DNA from: Leptogorgia sarmentosa
Taxonomy: Eukaryota
Reading direction: 5' to 3'
NCBI GenBank assembly: GCA_964658305.1
Contig: OZ210885.1
Location: forward strand, 19,964,001-20,028,000
Length of the DNA stretch: 64,000 nt
A model generated the notes under the pieces. That model was given only the letters and a program-made list of their open reading frames with translations, made no database searches and had not been told where the DNA came from. Both the position numbers and the translations under genes were made by a program. How positions within the stretch are numbered: position 1 is the first letter of the stretch; the number at the start of each line of letters is the position of its first letter. Of the stretch, positions 11,355-24,070 are shown piece after piece.

Positions 11355-14300
11355 GTGCCCCTTACACGAAAACCATCGACGCCAACGAATATGGACGAGT
11401 GCATTTTATGCCAAACAAAAACGCGATCCGATTATCTTTCGAGCGGTGAAACGGGCAGGGCACGCATTATTTCCCTCGCAACAGAGAGTGGCGGTAATGA
11501 CAACCGAGCTAAAAGGGTCTTAGATTTATCAGTTCAAGAAATGAGAGTTATGAAATACCATTCATCAACATGCTATAAGAAATTTCAGAGAGATATGGAA
11601 AAGTTGAAGAAACGAAAACAAGAAAGCAACGATGATGATGTAGAACCAGATGTAACAGTCGATAGCGTACTAGAAGATGATAACGACAACCGCAGAAAAA
11701 GGCTAAAAGCGAATGAAATAAAACGGGTATGTGTAATATGTGGATCAGATCGTAAGACCGTGAAGCACCAGAAAGTACACAAGCTTTCGAGAATCTGTGA
11801 AAAACAAATCGCTCAGAAGTTACTGAATGCAGCCAAGTTGTTCCAAGATCGTGTCTATACTGAAACAGCAGCGATGTGTGGACCAGAAGATGTTTTCGCA
11901 GCAGATATTTACTACCATAGCTATTGTTGTAAAGAATACTTCAACAAGTACAACTTGAAAATTGTTGAAATCATGAAAAGTCTCGAGGGAGAGGAATCCA
12001 TTGCCGCAGGAAACGAACATCTGAAGGAAAGGTTTCTAGCACTAGGACTTGATTTCCAGAACACAGCATACAGCCTTTCTTTTATCAGAGACAAGCTTAA
12101 TGAACATTCAACTTTCACTTCTGCAGTTACCAACAGAACTGTCAAGCAACTAATCATCGAGTTATATGGAGGGGATGTCTGCTTTACCTATTTAAGCAAC
12201 AAACGGATATCTCAGATAGTCTTTTCGACAGGCCGTAATCCACAAATTTTGGTAGAAGCGATGCGAGTGTCATCTGTCCAACAGGTTGCAACCACGTTAG
12301 CGCAGGAGTTGAAAAATTATAAATTTGGGTAGGAAAAAAGTTTTTGTGAACCACGAGATCTCCAGTTATCGGCGCGCACGCTGCTAAGGAATCCGCCACC
12401 GACATGGGAAAAATTCTGTTCGTGTTTGTTTCATGGCAGACAGGTTTCACAAGTTTAAATCTACGTAGTTTTTCAAATTCTGCATTACGCTATGAGTGGC
12501 GGTAAAGAGCCAACACCTCTCCATATTATGGTTGCTGAAGGAGTGTATAGTCTAACCAGATCTAAAGAGCTCGTAACTGCATTGAATCACCACAGTATTT
12601 GCGCAAGCTACAACACCGTCAGGAGAATCGACGTTGATCTCGCAGAGCGCATTATCACTACTGCAGGCGACAACAGAGTACCACTTCCCGCTGTCCTTGA
12701 GGCAACAAGTCCACTGAATGGAGCTATGCATAATTTTAACCGCAACGAAAGCACACTGGCTGGCACAGGCTCTACACATGACACCATCCTTGTACTTTTC
12801 CAAAATGTTCCCGTCAGTGAAGAAAAGCCATCTGAAGGAAGTGAAATCTCTACAAGAATACCACTTTCTAACGATCGGATTTCAGTCAGACTACGATCAA
12901 AGGTCAAGTGTCAGGAAGTTATCCGTATGGGGTCAATAAAACGTAGGGGTGAGATAGCCGTACCAGTACAAGATCCATCAAATATGGTATCATCGAATGA
13001 AGAGCCTAATTCTTTAACCTCAGACGAATGTTCCGTAACTCCCGTTACAAACGCACCGATTGCAATTGCTACTGTCACCAGTACAGATGAGACGGCTATA
13101 ACCACGCCACAAGCTGACTCACGTTTATTAACAACAAGCCCAATGACAGATACAACCAGTATTCCATCGATGAAATCAATCAGTTTGGACTATTTTGTGT
13201 GGTTGGTTAATCGAATATGCAACAGGACGGCCGACGAGGATTCTTTCGTTCCAGGATTTACAGCCGTTAGAAGCTTATTTGCCAATTTGAATTTTCACGA
13301 AACCACCAAGATTCTTACCCCAATTTTATCGTATCCAGCTACTACATACGATGCAATTTTCACCACCATGATCAATTTTCAAGATGCTTTGAAGCAGAAA
13401 GGAGATGTGTATGGCGGTTTGTGGGCAGACGAAGGAGTCTATCGCATTGCAAAAGAAATTCAGTTGTTAAAGCCAGATCAATTTAGCAACATATTTCTTG
13501 GTCTTGGAGGGTTTCATATGGAAAAGATTGGTTTCATTGCCTGCCTTGGCGCGTATTTGGAACCATCTGGAATATTTTCTGTTTTGGTTGAAACCGAGTG
13601 CTATGGTACAGATACTATCAATGGTGTAATTTCTGGTTCCCACTATTCCAGAGCTCGTACAGCCTATTCCTTGATCAATGAGGTTATCGCGACCTTGATG
13701 CTAGAGTCATTCCAGGCAGAATATCCAGAAAAGAGTGTCCTGTTCGAAGACCTTAAAGTAGATTGTCAATCTGAGGAGATGACAAGTGACCATTGGAGCA
13801 CCAAAAAAGAGCAGTCTAAAACCATCGAAGAGGACTTCCAAGATTACTTACAAGAAAAAGTACGACATTCACAGTCATTTGCCTATTGGTATACGTATGT
13901 TTTCGAGCTTTTTCCGATAGCAAGAGATCTTACAAATTCAATGCGTTCTGGTGATTGGATACTTTATCTTAGCGCTGTTAAAAGAGCAACCTCGCTGTTT
14001 TTCTTCTTTGGACGGACTAACTATAGTAGATGGACGCCTTTATTCCTACAAGATTGTTATCAATTGGAAGATAAGTTTCCACTTCTCTACAGCTCATATA
14101 CGAATGGTGGGTTTGTTGTAAATACGAACAGAAAGGGCAGTGGGGTTCCGTTTGACCAAGCTCTGGAGCAAAGCTACAACCGACCAGCCAAAGTTAGCGG
14201 TGGTATAATTGGTGTTACTAGGAAGAAAGACGCTGTGGCTTTGTGGGGTATCATCCAACACAAGAAAGATGAATACGTTCACCTTCTTAAGATGCAAGAT

Positions 14301-16102
14301 GATGATGAGGGAGAACTATCTGTTCATCATGATTTCAACCGAAGTAGTGCCAAAAAGATAAGAGTTGGTGCAAGAAATAGAAGATTACCTTCGGAAGGCT
14401 TGTAGTCCCTTTCTTGTCTGGAGACGTTAAAGAATGTCGTTACTGGGGAGACCGTGTGCAAAGTAGATGTTAGCAAACTGCTCTGCTGTACAACGATAGG
14501 CGGTGCTGCTTTTACAGAATTTATTGAAAATCGTCTGCAAGACAAAAAAGTTTCAATACACTCAAAGATAAGCAAGATAAAATATTCCTCGCCTCAAGTT
14601 TCGACACATTCCACATCGAAGGCAGACATCAAAGATGAAACCATCAAAGCTCTGATGTCATTGAATATGGTCGTCACCGTGGTTTCCCGGCAGAAGAGTT
14701 ACTCGTCCACGAAATAACCAGTTCCGCTTTCTTCTTGGTTGACAAGGATGGTTATGTAAAAAAGAGCGTAAAGTCTCAGTTAGGGACGGAGTTACTAAAG
14801 CTATGCCCAGATGTAGACCCAAATGGCCCGACAACGTCTCCACCAACCCAGGCCTATATTATCGACTTTATGGCGATGGTTAGAAAAATCCCATTCAAGA
14901 AACTTGAACCACCTGTGAAAACATTCAACGACCTCGCAGTTTCCCTGACTAACATGATCATTACCGCTGGGCGCAACAGTAATGAAATCCACGTAGTTTT
15001 CGACACGTATAAGGAAGACAGCATCAAAAATGCAGAAAGAAAGAGAAGAGGAAAATCGAATGAAATTATTGTCCTGGATTCGATTTCTCCAAACCATCGA
15101 GTTCCTGTTAAATTGGACAACTTTTGGTCTTCGTCTGTAAGCAAAACCACATTCCAAGCATTCTATGTCGAATGGCTCAAAACCAACTACGATGGAAATA
15201 AACCGCTATATCTTGGTATATCTCCAAATGCATGGTTTGTATCGACAGAACATGTATCTCTATTCCCTCGTCTGGATTGCACCCACGAAGAGGCTGATGA
15301 TAGGATGATGTTTCATGTTCAAGATATTTTGTCTCATCAATCTGGTCCTACATCAATTACGCTATCCTCAGGTGATACAGATGTTTTCATATGTCTCTTA
15401 TACCACTTTGTTGTCAACTGGAATCATATTGGTCTTGATGAATTATGGCTTATACGCAATTCTGGCCTGAATCGTTCAATATTGCCACTGAAGAAAATTT
15501 GTCTGACGCTTGGAGACGAGTTGATAAAATGTCTTCCTGCACTTCATGCACTAACTGGATGCGATACAACCAGCAAGATAGCGACGAAATTAGCAGCTCT
15601 CAACGCTATTCGCATTCCAGTGAACCTTCCACTCCTTGCAAATTTTAATTGTTCCCAACTAACAGACAACGAGATAAAATTGGCAGAAATTTTTTTGGTC
15701 AAGTGCCTCAAGCCATCTACGTACTTTGAAACATTCGACGAGCTACGCATCGATACATTTGACAACAATGCTATGAAATTGGATTTTGAAAAAACTGCCT
15801 GCACAAGCACGAATATTAGGATGCACATCAAAAGAAGTTTCTATCAAATGCAGCTGTGGATTCAAGCCCCATTTAGAGATGCAACAACGTTTCTTAACGC
15901 CGAAGATTATGGCTTTGAAAGAAAAAACAATTTTTTTATTCCTGAAATTGTCATCACCAAACCTGATGGTCTTCTAGATCCTTGCAAGTGTGGTAAATGT
16001 GCTCGCAGGAATGGGTGTCCATGCAGAGTGGCTGGGGTGAGCTGCTGTAAATATTGTAAATGCAAGGCTAGTGAAGAATGCAAAAATCCGATAACCGAAT
16101 GA
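11355..16102 (+). pseudogene. AcademX transposase-XPG-CXC polyprotein, intronless, disrupted
   Basis: Consecutive ORFs 11355-12332, 12492-14405, 14454-14717 and 14735-16102. Motifs: GTGSTHDT, ADEGVY, GLGGFH, DQALEQ, HEEADDR, DTDVF, LTGCD, terminal CxC. Confidence 0.88.
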
Positions 16103-16156
16103 AACCGAAATCGAACTTAATTCCGTGCCGTTTTCCGTGCAATTAATTCCGTTTTC

Positions 16157-17138
16157 CGTTTTCCAACAAATCGGCTTAAAAATTACAGCACAAGTCAACC
16201 ACCAACTAGTTAACTTCTTGGATATCACATTAAATTTAAACAACGGTAGTTTCGCTCCTTTCAGAAAAGCAAATAACAATCCACTATACGTAAACAGCAA
16301 ATCAAACCACCCTCCCTCCGTAATAAGACAATCCGAAAATCAGTTAACCAGCGACTCTCCTCACTCTCATCCGACCAGCAATCCTTCGATTCCTGTAAAC
16401 CATTTTACGAACACGCACTTACACACAGTAATGACAACGTATCTTTGGAATACTCCAATTGTAACCCCACAACAATATCATCCACCACGAAACGCAGACG
16501 TCAAAGGAATATCATCTGGTATAATCCACCGTTCAGTAAATCTGTAAAAACAAACATCGCACGAAGCTTCTTACAACTCCTCGGCAAGCACTTCCCAACC
16601 GCAAATCCTCTACACAAGCTGTTCAATCGTAATACGGTAAAAGTTAGTTACAGCTGTATGCCCAACATGAAGAGCATTATATCTCGACACAACCAAAAAA
16701 TCCTATCAATATCCAAAACAACACCAAATCAGAATAATTGTAGCTCTAGAAAAGCCTCCGAGTACCCAATGAACAGAAATTGCTTATCCGCTAGCATCGT
16801 TTATAAAGCCGAAGTTTCAACTTGTGATACAGGAGATAGGAAAGAATACATCGGAATGACGGCAAATTCGTTCAAGGAAAGATTCAATAACCACAAGAAG
16901 TCATTCAACAACGAAAAATATGAAAAGGAAACGGAATTGTCGAAGTATATATGGAAATTAAAGAAAAACAAAAAGGATTACTCAGTTTCGTGGTCCAGTA
17001 TTGAAGCGTGCACCCGCCTTTTCACCTGGAAGAAAGCGATGCAATCTCTGTATCGAGGAGAAGTTGTGCCTGATGCAAGGTAATGCAACCAAATTGTTGA
17101 ACAAACGATCCGAAATCTTCGCGAAGTGCCGCCACCGG
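16157..17138 (+). pseudogene. PLE fragment: RT C-terminus, linker and GIY-YIG endonuclease (Naiad-like)
   Basis: VNFLDITL, YVNSKSNHPP, RNIIWYNPPFS, IVYKA...YIGMT..FKERFNNH, CNLCIEEK, LLNKRSEIFAKCRH. Frameshifted. Confidence 0.85.
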
Positions 17139-18088
17139 TTCTAAATTCGTGTAACAATATTCAACCCCCCCGTGTCAGCCTTGTCACTTTGTCCGCGCGT
17201 GATTCGTACGGAATGTTTTGAACGACTCGTAAGCAACATTTTACAGGGTGGTAAAATGCTGTATTTCGCATCTTTTATTCATATTTTTATTTGCATACCC
17301 GTAATAAAGGGTTGAATTTTTCATTAGTGCTATTGAAATTGCTCGGATGGAAGAATTAAAAGGTCGAATTGTTGACAACCGAAACGGGACGATACAATGG
17401 CGCCGAATTTGGTAAATGTTGTGGTTTTACCCCGTCGACGGTTAAACTGTTAGGATTGACTTGAAACTTTGTTAAAAGCTATTGGAAATATTCTTGACAC
17501 ATTTATGGCTGAGCTGATTTACATATTTGGAAGGATTTCAACGATTATTGGTGTTAAACAGCGATGTGAAGTGGCGAGTTTGACCAAATACGTCAATTTG
17601 CAAGAGGTATGTACATTTCAAATGAATATTTCGTTCGCAAAGTATTAACTATATTACACGAAAACAGTGAATATATACTTAAATGAGTACCAGTTATGTT
17701 TCTATCAAGACAATTTAGCAAGGCAATAAATTTAGGCCCACTGCTGTTTGTCTGAAGTTGTAAGCCACAAATTGACCTTGGAATGGGAGTATGGCATGCT
17801 CATTATCTTGCAAAATATTAGTGCTGGGCAATTCACACTCACCAATGACCACCCCTAAAAGCACCATCACTGGACCATATAAGCATGTCAGAAGAGCCAT
17901 AGCTTGTATGGTTTAGTAGATAGCACTATGGCGAAGCCGTCATTTTTGGGTGTGGTCATTTTAGGGGGTTTCGCCCCGGATTCGAGCAGCATTACCATGT
18001 TGACCGGCATGGTCAACTTACCCTAAAACAGTTGAGATTATCTGTCCTAAATGAAATGCATACAAACTCATATACAGGTCCTAGACTA
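17139..18088 (-). repeat. Right TIR (~950 bp)
   Basis: Reverse complement of 9529-10484 with few substitutions and one small indel. Confidence 0.95.
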
Positions 18089-18639
18089 TAGTTATGTTTC
18101 ATCAGGCCCCAAGCATAACTGGGAAAGCACGTTTCTAACCTGCTAGCTGGTCTTGGAACGACGTGCTCGCATATTGGGTGTTAGGTTTAACACAATGTGG
18201 TTGGTGTGTGAGTGTATTTACTTTTGGTGGATGAGTAGGTGGCTTGACATAGTGGTTTGGAAGGATGAATGGCTGTTTGTGTGTCGGGTTATCCCGCTGC
18301 GTCGGTATGATAGATGGCAAAATAATTATGTTTGTTAACTGTGATAACGGGTAAATTAGAAACATGTCGATCCTACTTGATTTGTTCTTTGTACTGGTGG
18401 CTGCGGTGGCTCTTGTTGGGCTTTTTTTCGGCTTTTTGGAGAGGGCTCCTCTTAGCTTGTCTTCGCTCTTTGGTACTTAGAGTTGGAAAGAATTGCGCCT
18501 ACGTTTGCTTGCCGCGTGGTATGTAAATGTTTGCCCTGGGGCTTGAATGACGTGTGAGGTGACATGATGTCCGAATACATTTTGGGCCTGGGGTTGATTC
18601 ATTGCAACAGGTTGTTGTAAGGTGGGAACAGGGCAGTTG

Positions 18640-19005
18640 AGGGTCAGATTAAGGATTGGGTTGGGGTTATGTGGAGGGTGTCTTTAAGGGTTCGGATTTG
18701 ATTGGTTAGGGTCAGATTAAGGATTGGGTTGGGGTTATGTTGAGGATGTCTTGAAGGGTTCGGATTTGATTGGTTAGGGTCAGATTAAGGATTGGGTTGG
18801 GGTTATGTTGAGCGTGTGTTCAAGGGTTAGGGTGGCATTGGTTAGGGTCAGATTAAGGATTGGGTGGGGTTATGCCTTGGGTGTCTTTAAGGGTTCGGAT
18901 TTGATTGGTTAGGGTCAGATTAAGGATTGGGTTGGGGTTATGTTGAGGGTTGTGTTTAGGGGTTTGGATTTAATTGGTTGGGGTCAGATTGGATTGGGAT
19001 ATGGG
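18640..19005. repeat. G-rich minisatellite, ~68-bp unit, ~5 copies
   Basis: GGGTCAGATT recurs at 18641, 18709, 18777, 18845, 18912 and 18981. Confidence 0.9.
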
Positions 19006-19744
19006 TGAAGTGTGATTGGATTTGGATATTAAATTGATTGTCGTTGTTGGTTGGGTTCAGTTGTGTCGTTTGTTGTTTCCATTTGGGATGTCCCGATATG
19101 GTGGGAAATATGGAAAGGGGGAGTGGGTAAGTGGAAGCTCACATGATGATGGAGGATGGCGGTTGATAAAAGTCTATTACCTGGTGTATAGCATTGTACA
19201 TAGTGATGTTGAGTGGCGGTTGATAAATGTGTGTATTGGTGAGGATGATTGATGGCGGTGGATAAACATGTGATGATTTTTAGTGACCTGTGATTGAGTG
19301 TTGGAATTCTAATTAATGCGATGTTGAAGTGTTGTGAATATGGTCATGTGTGATGATGATTCGATCGAATTAAGTGGCTTATGGATGAGTGTGTGGTTGT
19401 TGGATGGAAGCGATTTTGAGTGGAGCTGAATAAAGGGTGAGACTCAATTGTTGTTTTTTTTATTATTATTATGACATTTATCTATTAGTTGTTTATTTTG
19501 GTGAATCGCGTGTTTCTGTTACAGTGGGTCGATGTGTACTTGTGTGAGTGTTAACCTGGTGACTGAAGCCTGATTTCTACAGTTCTACTAATCGCCGAGC
19601 TCCCCGTCACGAATGGTTCTAAACAAAGGATGTGACCTGGGGTCTGGTGAGACCTGACAGGTGATATATAGTGTGAGGGCCTGTGGAATATAAGTTCCAT
19701 CGTGTATGCATTCGTGGGTTTGGAACTGTGTCCTGGTTGGTGTT

Positions 19745-22090
19745 CCAAGGATCGTTTTATCCATCGAGTTGTTGTCCAGGCTCAAATGACCGAGATTTCT
19801 GGCCATGAGTCCAAACAATGCTATTTGCAAGCATTGCAAAGAATCGGTACGTCACCATCATAAAACTCTGTGCGTGGTGATGCACTTACATAATTGCAAG
19901 CCGTTCAAAAAAATCATCATGGACAAGGAAAAAAGTGACCGACCTGACTGGTGAAATAACGGCCTCGGAGCTGCTAAGAAATCAAAAGTGCAGGCTACCC
20001 TAATTGCATCAAGTTCAAGCAAAGGAGATTCTACTGATTCTTTGTCTGGAAAATCGACGCAGTCCTTGCTGAGGTCGTTTGCCATACCAGAATCGAACGC
20101 TTCAAACCAGAAGAAGTTTAATCAATATATGGCCATGCATTTCTATTGCACTGGAACTAGCTTTAGGCGCATTGAAGACCCATATCTCCTTCGAGCTGTT
20201 CAATTGTTGCGACCTGGTGTGAAGTTGCCAACTCGATTACAACTAGGCGATGATAGCTGAGGTGGTTCGCTCGAAGGTTGCTACCAAACGGTCAAGGCAG
20301 AAGTTAATAAGCTGCTATCCGCTAGCTCCCAGTATATTTGCATTACCAGCGACGCATGGTCCAGTATATTGCAAGAACCGATAGTCAACTACATGGCAGT
20401 CTGCCCAACCAAATGTTTGTTTTTAGAAGCTGTTCACACTGGGGCGCAAGGACATACTGCAAAATGGATCGCTAAGGATTTAAGTCGTGTGATTAATGGC
20501 GTCGGAGGAAACGTGACAGGTTGTGTGACGGATAACACAGCAGCAAATAAAAAGGCTTGGGAGCAATTAGAAGAGAAATATCCCAATCTTTTCTTCCATG
20601 GCTGTGTCTCTCACAGATTGAATCTTCTAGTTAAAGACATCTTCGCAGCCACAAAGAAGCAGCATGACAACGGTGGCCCTGCTCAATACCCGGAAGGATA
20701 TCCGTTCGAACATCTTCTATTCTTTGCTGCTGATTGCAAGAATGTGGTGAAGTTCTTCTACAACCACCACGCTCCAATGGCTGACTTGAAGAATGCGTTA
20801 AATTCAGCCAAGTTAAGCGGTCTCATCCGTCCTGCTCCGACTCGTTGGGGAACAATCCAAGGATGTTTTAAATCGTTACGTGCAGCAGATAAGGTATTAA
20901 ATGGGTTGGTATCCCGGCACGATTTCACTACAATTGGCAACGCCAGTCAGAGGGAGAACCGAGCAGCGATCAAGGGCATCATCACCGACCCTGATTTCGT
21001 GACCAAGCTCGATGAGTGCATCAAGATACTGCATCCCATTGATACCTTGATCAAGGTGTTCCAAAGCGACGCCGTACCTTGCTCCGACGTGTATAAATCA
21101 TTTCTTGACCTAGAGAGTAAGATGAGTGGGCTTGTTGGTGTTAATGCAGAGAAGAAGTCATATCTGGTAAAGCTGGTGCAAACACGCTTTGAATTCATGT
21201 ACGGAGATGCGCATGGCGTGGCATATCTCTTGGATCCTCGCTATCTGGGAGATAACATGACAAGGAAACTTTGCAAGGAGATAGAAGATTTTATTTTGCA
21301 ATTCCCCACACCAGACGGTACCACATGTTACGAGAGGAAAGAGAAGCTTGTACAGGAGTATACGACCTTCCGCATCGATGCCTTGGAAGAAAGAGAGAAG
21401 AATGGATTTTGCTTTAAGATGATTGGAGAGTCTCAATCAGTGCTGCAGTGGTGGATGGCAGATGGAACCGACTGGCCGTTGCTTCAAAATCTTGCAATCC
21501 GGGTATTTACCATGGCACCATCGTCCGCCGCATCGGAGAGGAACTTATCTACATTTGGGTTTATACGCTCAAAGCTACAAACCGCCTTTCTCCAGAGAAG
21601 GTGAAGAAGCTGGTATATATCAAGACCAATACAATTCAGCTTGCTGATCCACTAAATGATTGCTACAAGTGTGAAAGTGATGAAGGCGATGGAGTGATGG
21701 AAGTGGATGAGGACTGAAAATAGTCGTGTTAGATTCCTCGACGAATCCTTAGTTTTAAAACTTTACAGATATACAGTCAAAGTGTCAAACAATGTTCAAG
21801 TTTATGATAAACGATAAGTTTTCAAATGGAATTTCTAGTTGTAAATATGTTTTCTATCGTTACGTTTGAGGTTTGGTTATAGTGGATAGCGTTATCCACA
21901 TTTCGAACAGGCAGGCCCAATTTTTTGTGACTACAGACTACTGCATAAATTATAAAAATGACGTCATCAAGAAATGACATAACAAAAAAAATGACGTCAT
22001 CACATTTTATTTCAATGTCGAAAATCTTCTTATAATGATTATAAGAATTAAGAAGATTTTTGTTTTGAAAAAATCTTATAATCATCCCTG
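19745..22090 (+). mobile_element. hAT element relic (BED finger, DUF659-like, dimerisation domain); left end missing
   Basis: CKHC..H..C, TSDAWS, VTDNTAAN, CVSH, PAPTRW, SSAASER, with stops and a frameshift. Putative right terminus ...CTTATAATCATCCCTG at 22090; no matching left TIR found. Confidence 0.8.
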
Positions 22091-22955
22091 GGATCCACAG
22101 GTATAGCATGCAATATTGCATTTCATATTACAGTATTCTTAATTTATATAGGTACCAGAAGAGATGGCACAGAGGTTGACAGAGCATTAAAATGCAGAAC
22201 CAAAAATTATAGCTATAATACAAAAGGAAACAATTGTATATTATCACTTTATTAAAGCTAGAAATATTCTTGAATTAACTTATTAATGCTACAGCACAGC
22301 ATGCATCCATGCTTCACAGCAAGTTTTATTTGTCAGTTGGTTACAATTGATGTAATTCTTTTTTTGCCACAAAAAATCCATCGCCAACTTTATCGGACAT
22401 TGAGCCCGCAACGCTAAAGCGGACGCCCCCAGTAGGAAAACAAATATTATAAATAATAGCAATACAAACACGCAAGAATGAGCTAAAACCGGCAAATATA
22501 AAAAAATTAAACTTGTCTTTTGTATTTGCTCAAATGGAATATTGAATATCTATTTATTTTCTATGTGTAAGTTAAAAAATAGTCATAAAAAGTTCGATAT
22601 ACCTTTCTACTTCATACGCTATTTCCATAAGTGCGAGCGTCCATATAATGTGGTAAACACCATGAATATCAATAAAATCCTGACGTTTAATAGCCAATTT
22701 CGTGTCATTTATCAATACATTAATGAGTTGCTCAAATGGAAGCAAAATTTTCAGCACCTCCGTAATCTTTTTGCAAACTATGGTTTCGTATCTTGGAGAA
22801 AAATCCTTTCTTTTGGGCTTGTAAAATCGCGATATTTTCAGCCAACGACAAGAATCGCATTACGCTAAAACTAAATGTATCCATTTCTTAATTTCAAGTC
22901 CATTTCTTAATTTCTCGCGAAAACGGCGAGATGGCGCGTCATTTAAAATTATAAT

Positions 22956-24010
22956 ATGTCGGATGTTTTGAAAGAAAATTATAATTTTGAAAAGTTTAAA
23001 CGTGATGTAATTGTTGATACTAACCATTGTTTACAATATGTAAATCGACAGTGTGTTAGTTCCGAAGAAATTGCTCTCACAGTGCACATAACCAACACTG
23101 TTTTGAAAAGCTGGGAAGACTTGAAAGAGAAAGAAGTTTTGTTACCATTTAGTTATGTCACGATTTTAAATAGTTTTCTTGCTGAAAACCACGCAGTGTT
23201 AGTAAGAAAAGACTGTACAAGAATCGAAGAAGTTTTAAGAAAATTATGCTCAAGAGTTAAAAGCGCTTTCAAGGGGAAAAGTGGTTTGCAATACGTGAAG
23301 TTGGCAAAGCAAAGTAGAAGAGTTACTATTCGTCATGGGGAACTTTTGAGAGCAATTGATTTAGAACGCGAATTGTTCGACTTGAAGGCTGCTAAAGAAA
23401 GTTTAGACATAGAAAATGCAGAGCTAAATAAACGTGTGATGAGCTTTATCAAAATTTAGTTGAAGCTGAAGAACTTAGGAGCAAGAGTGATGAGGGTTTT
23501 ACTGAGGCTATGGCTGACCTAACTAAGCTGAAAACGGAAAATCAGTACCTTTGTGAGTATTTTGATAAAATAACAGAGTTGGAGGGATTTAAGAACACAG
23601 GTAAAAGTATTGAAGATGTAACAGAAAGGCAACAGCGTCGTAAGATAAAAGAGCTAAAGACAAATGTCGAACAAGCTCTCTGGTTTGCTGAGACATTTGG
23701 CCTCAAACTAAGTTCGGTTAGCTTCACAGATACCTGTGGTGTTTCTCATGATATTGATTATTCTAATGATAGAAGAAACAATTCCTATAATAATCTGTCA
23801 GCAGAAGAAAAGGAGAAGGTGCAACAGATCCTGTATATTATGGACAGTTTTTGTATCTCAGAAGCTGCATACCACGAACTGACCATGGCAGTTGGTGGAG
23901 AAAAGCTACCTCGATCTTACCTTGTCAAACAGTGTAAAAATGACTTAAACAGTCTCTGTCATATTACTAGAACTCCAGGTAAAGAAGAAGGAGCACAACT
24001 AGATTTTTCA
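22956..24010 (+). pseudogene. N-terminal half of a putative Transib/Chapaev/RAG1-related transposase, truncated before any catalytic core
   Basis: Frameshifted ORFs 22956-23459 and 23510-24046. GKSIEDVTERQQRRKIKELK resembles the RAG1-NBD/Transib basic helix. Possible CACAG- terminus at 22315. Confidence 0.4.
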
Positions 24011-24070
24011 GTTCCAGTGCCTTTAGTTCCAGTACACATCCTATAGTGCACATATACAGTATATACATGT

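Larger units (their letters stand above)
9529..18088 (+). mobile_element. AcademX DNA transposon (8560 bp) with very long TIRs
   Basis: Termini 5'-TAGTCTAGGACC...GGTCCTAGACTA-3'. 3-bp TSD TAG (9526-9528, 18089-18091). Internal Academ ORF remnants. Confidence 0.92.

Noticed and set aside
16445..17138. Selenocysteine (UGA) recoding as described for some Naiad PLEs
   Set aside because: No in-frame TGA was seen at the Cys positions; the breaks are frameshifts.
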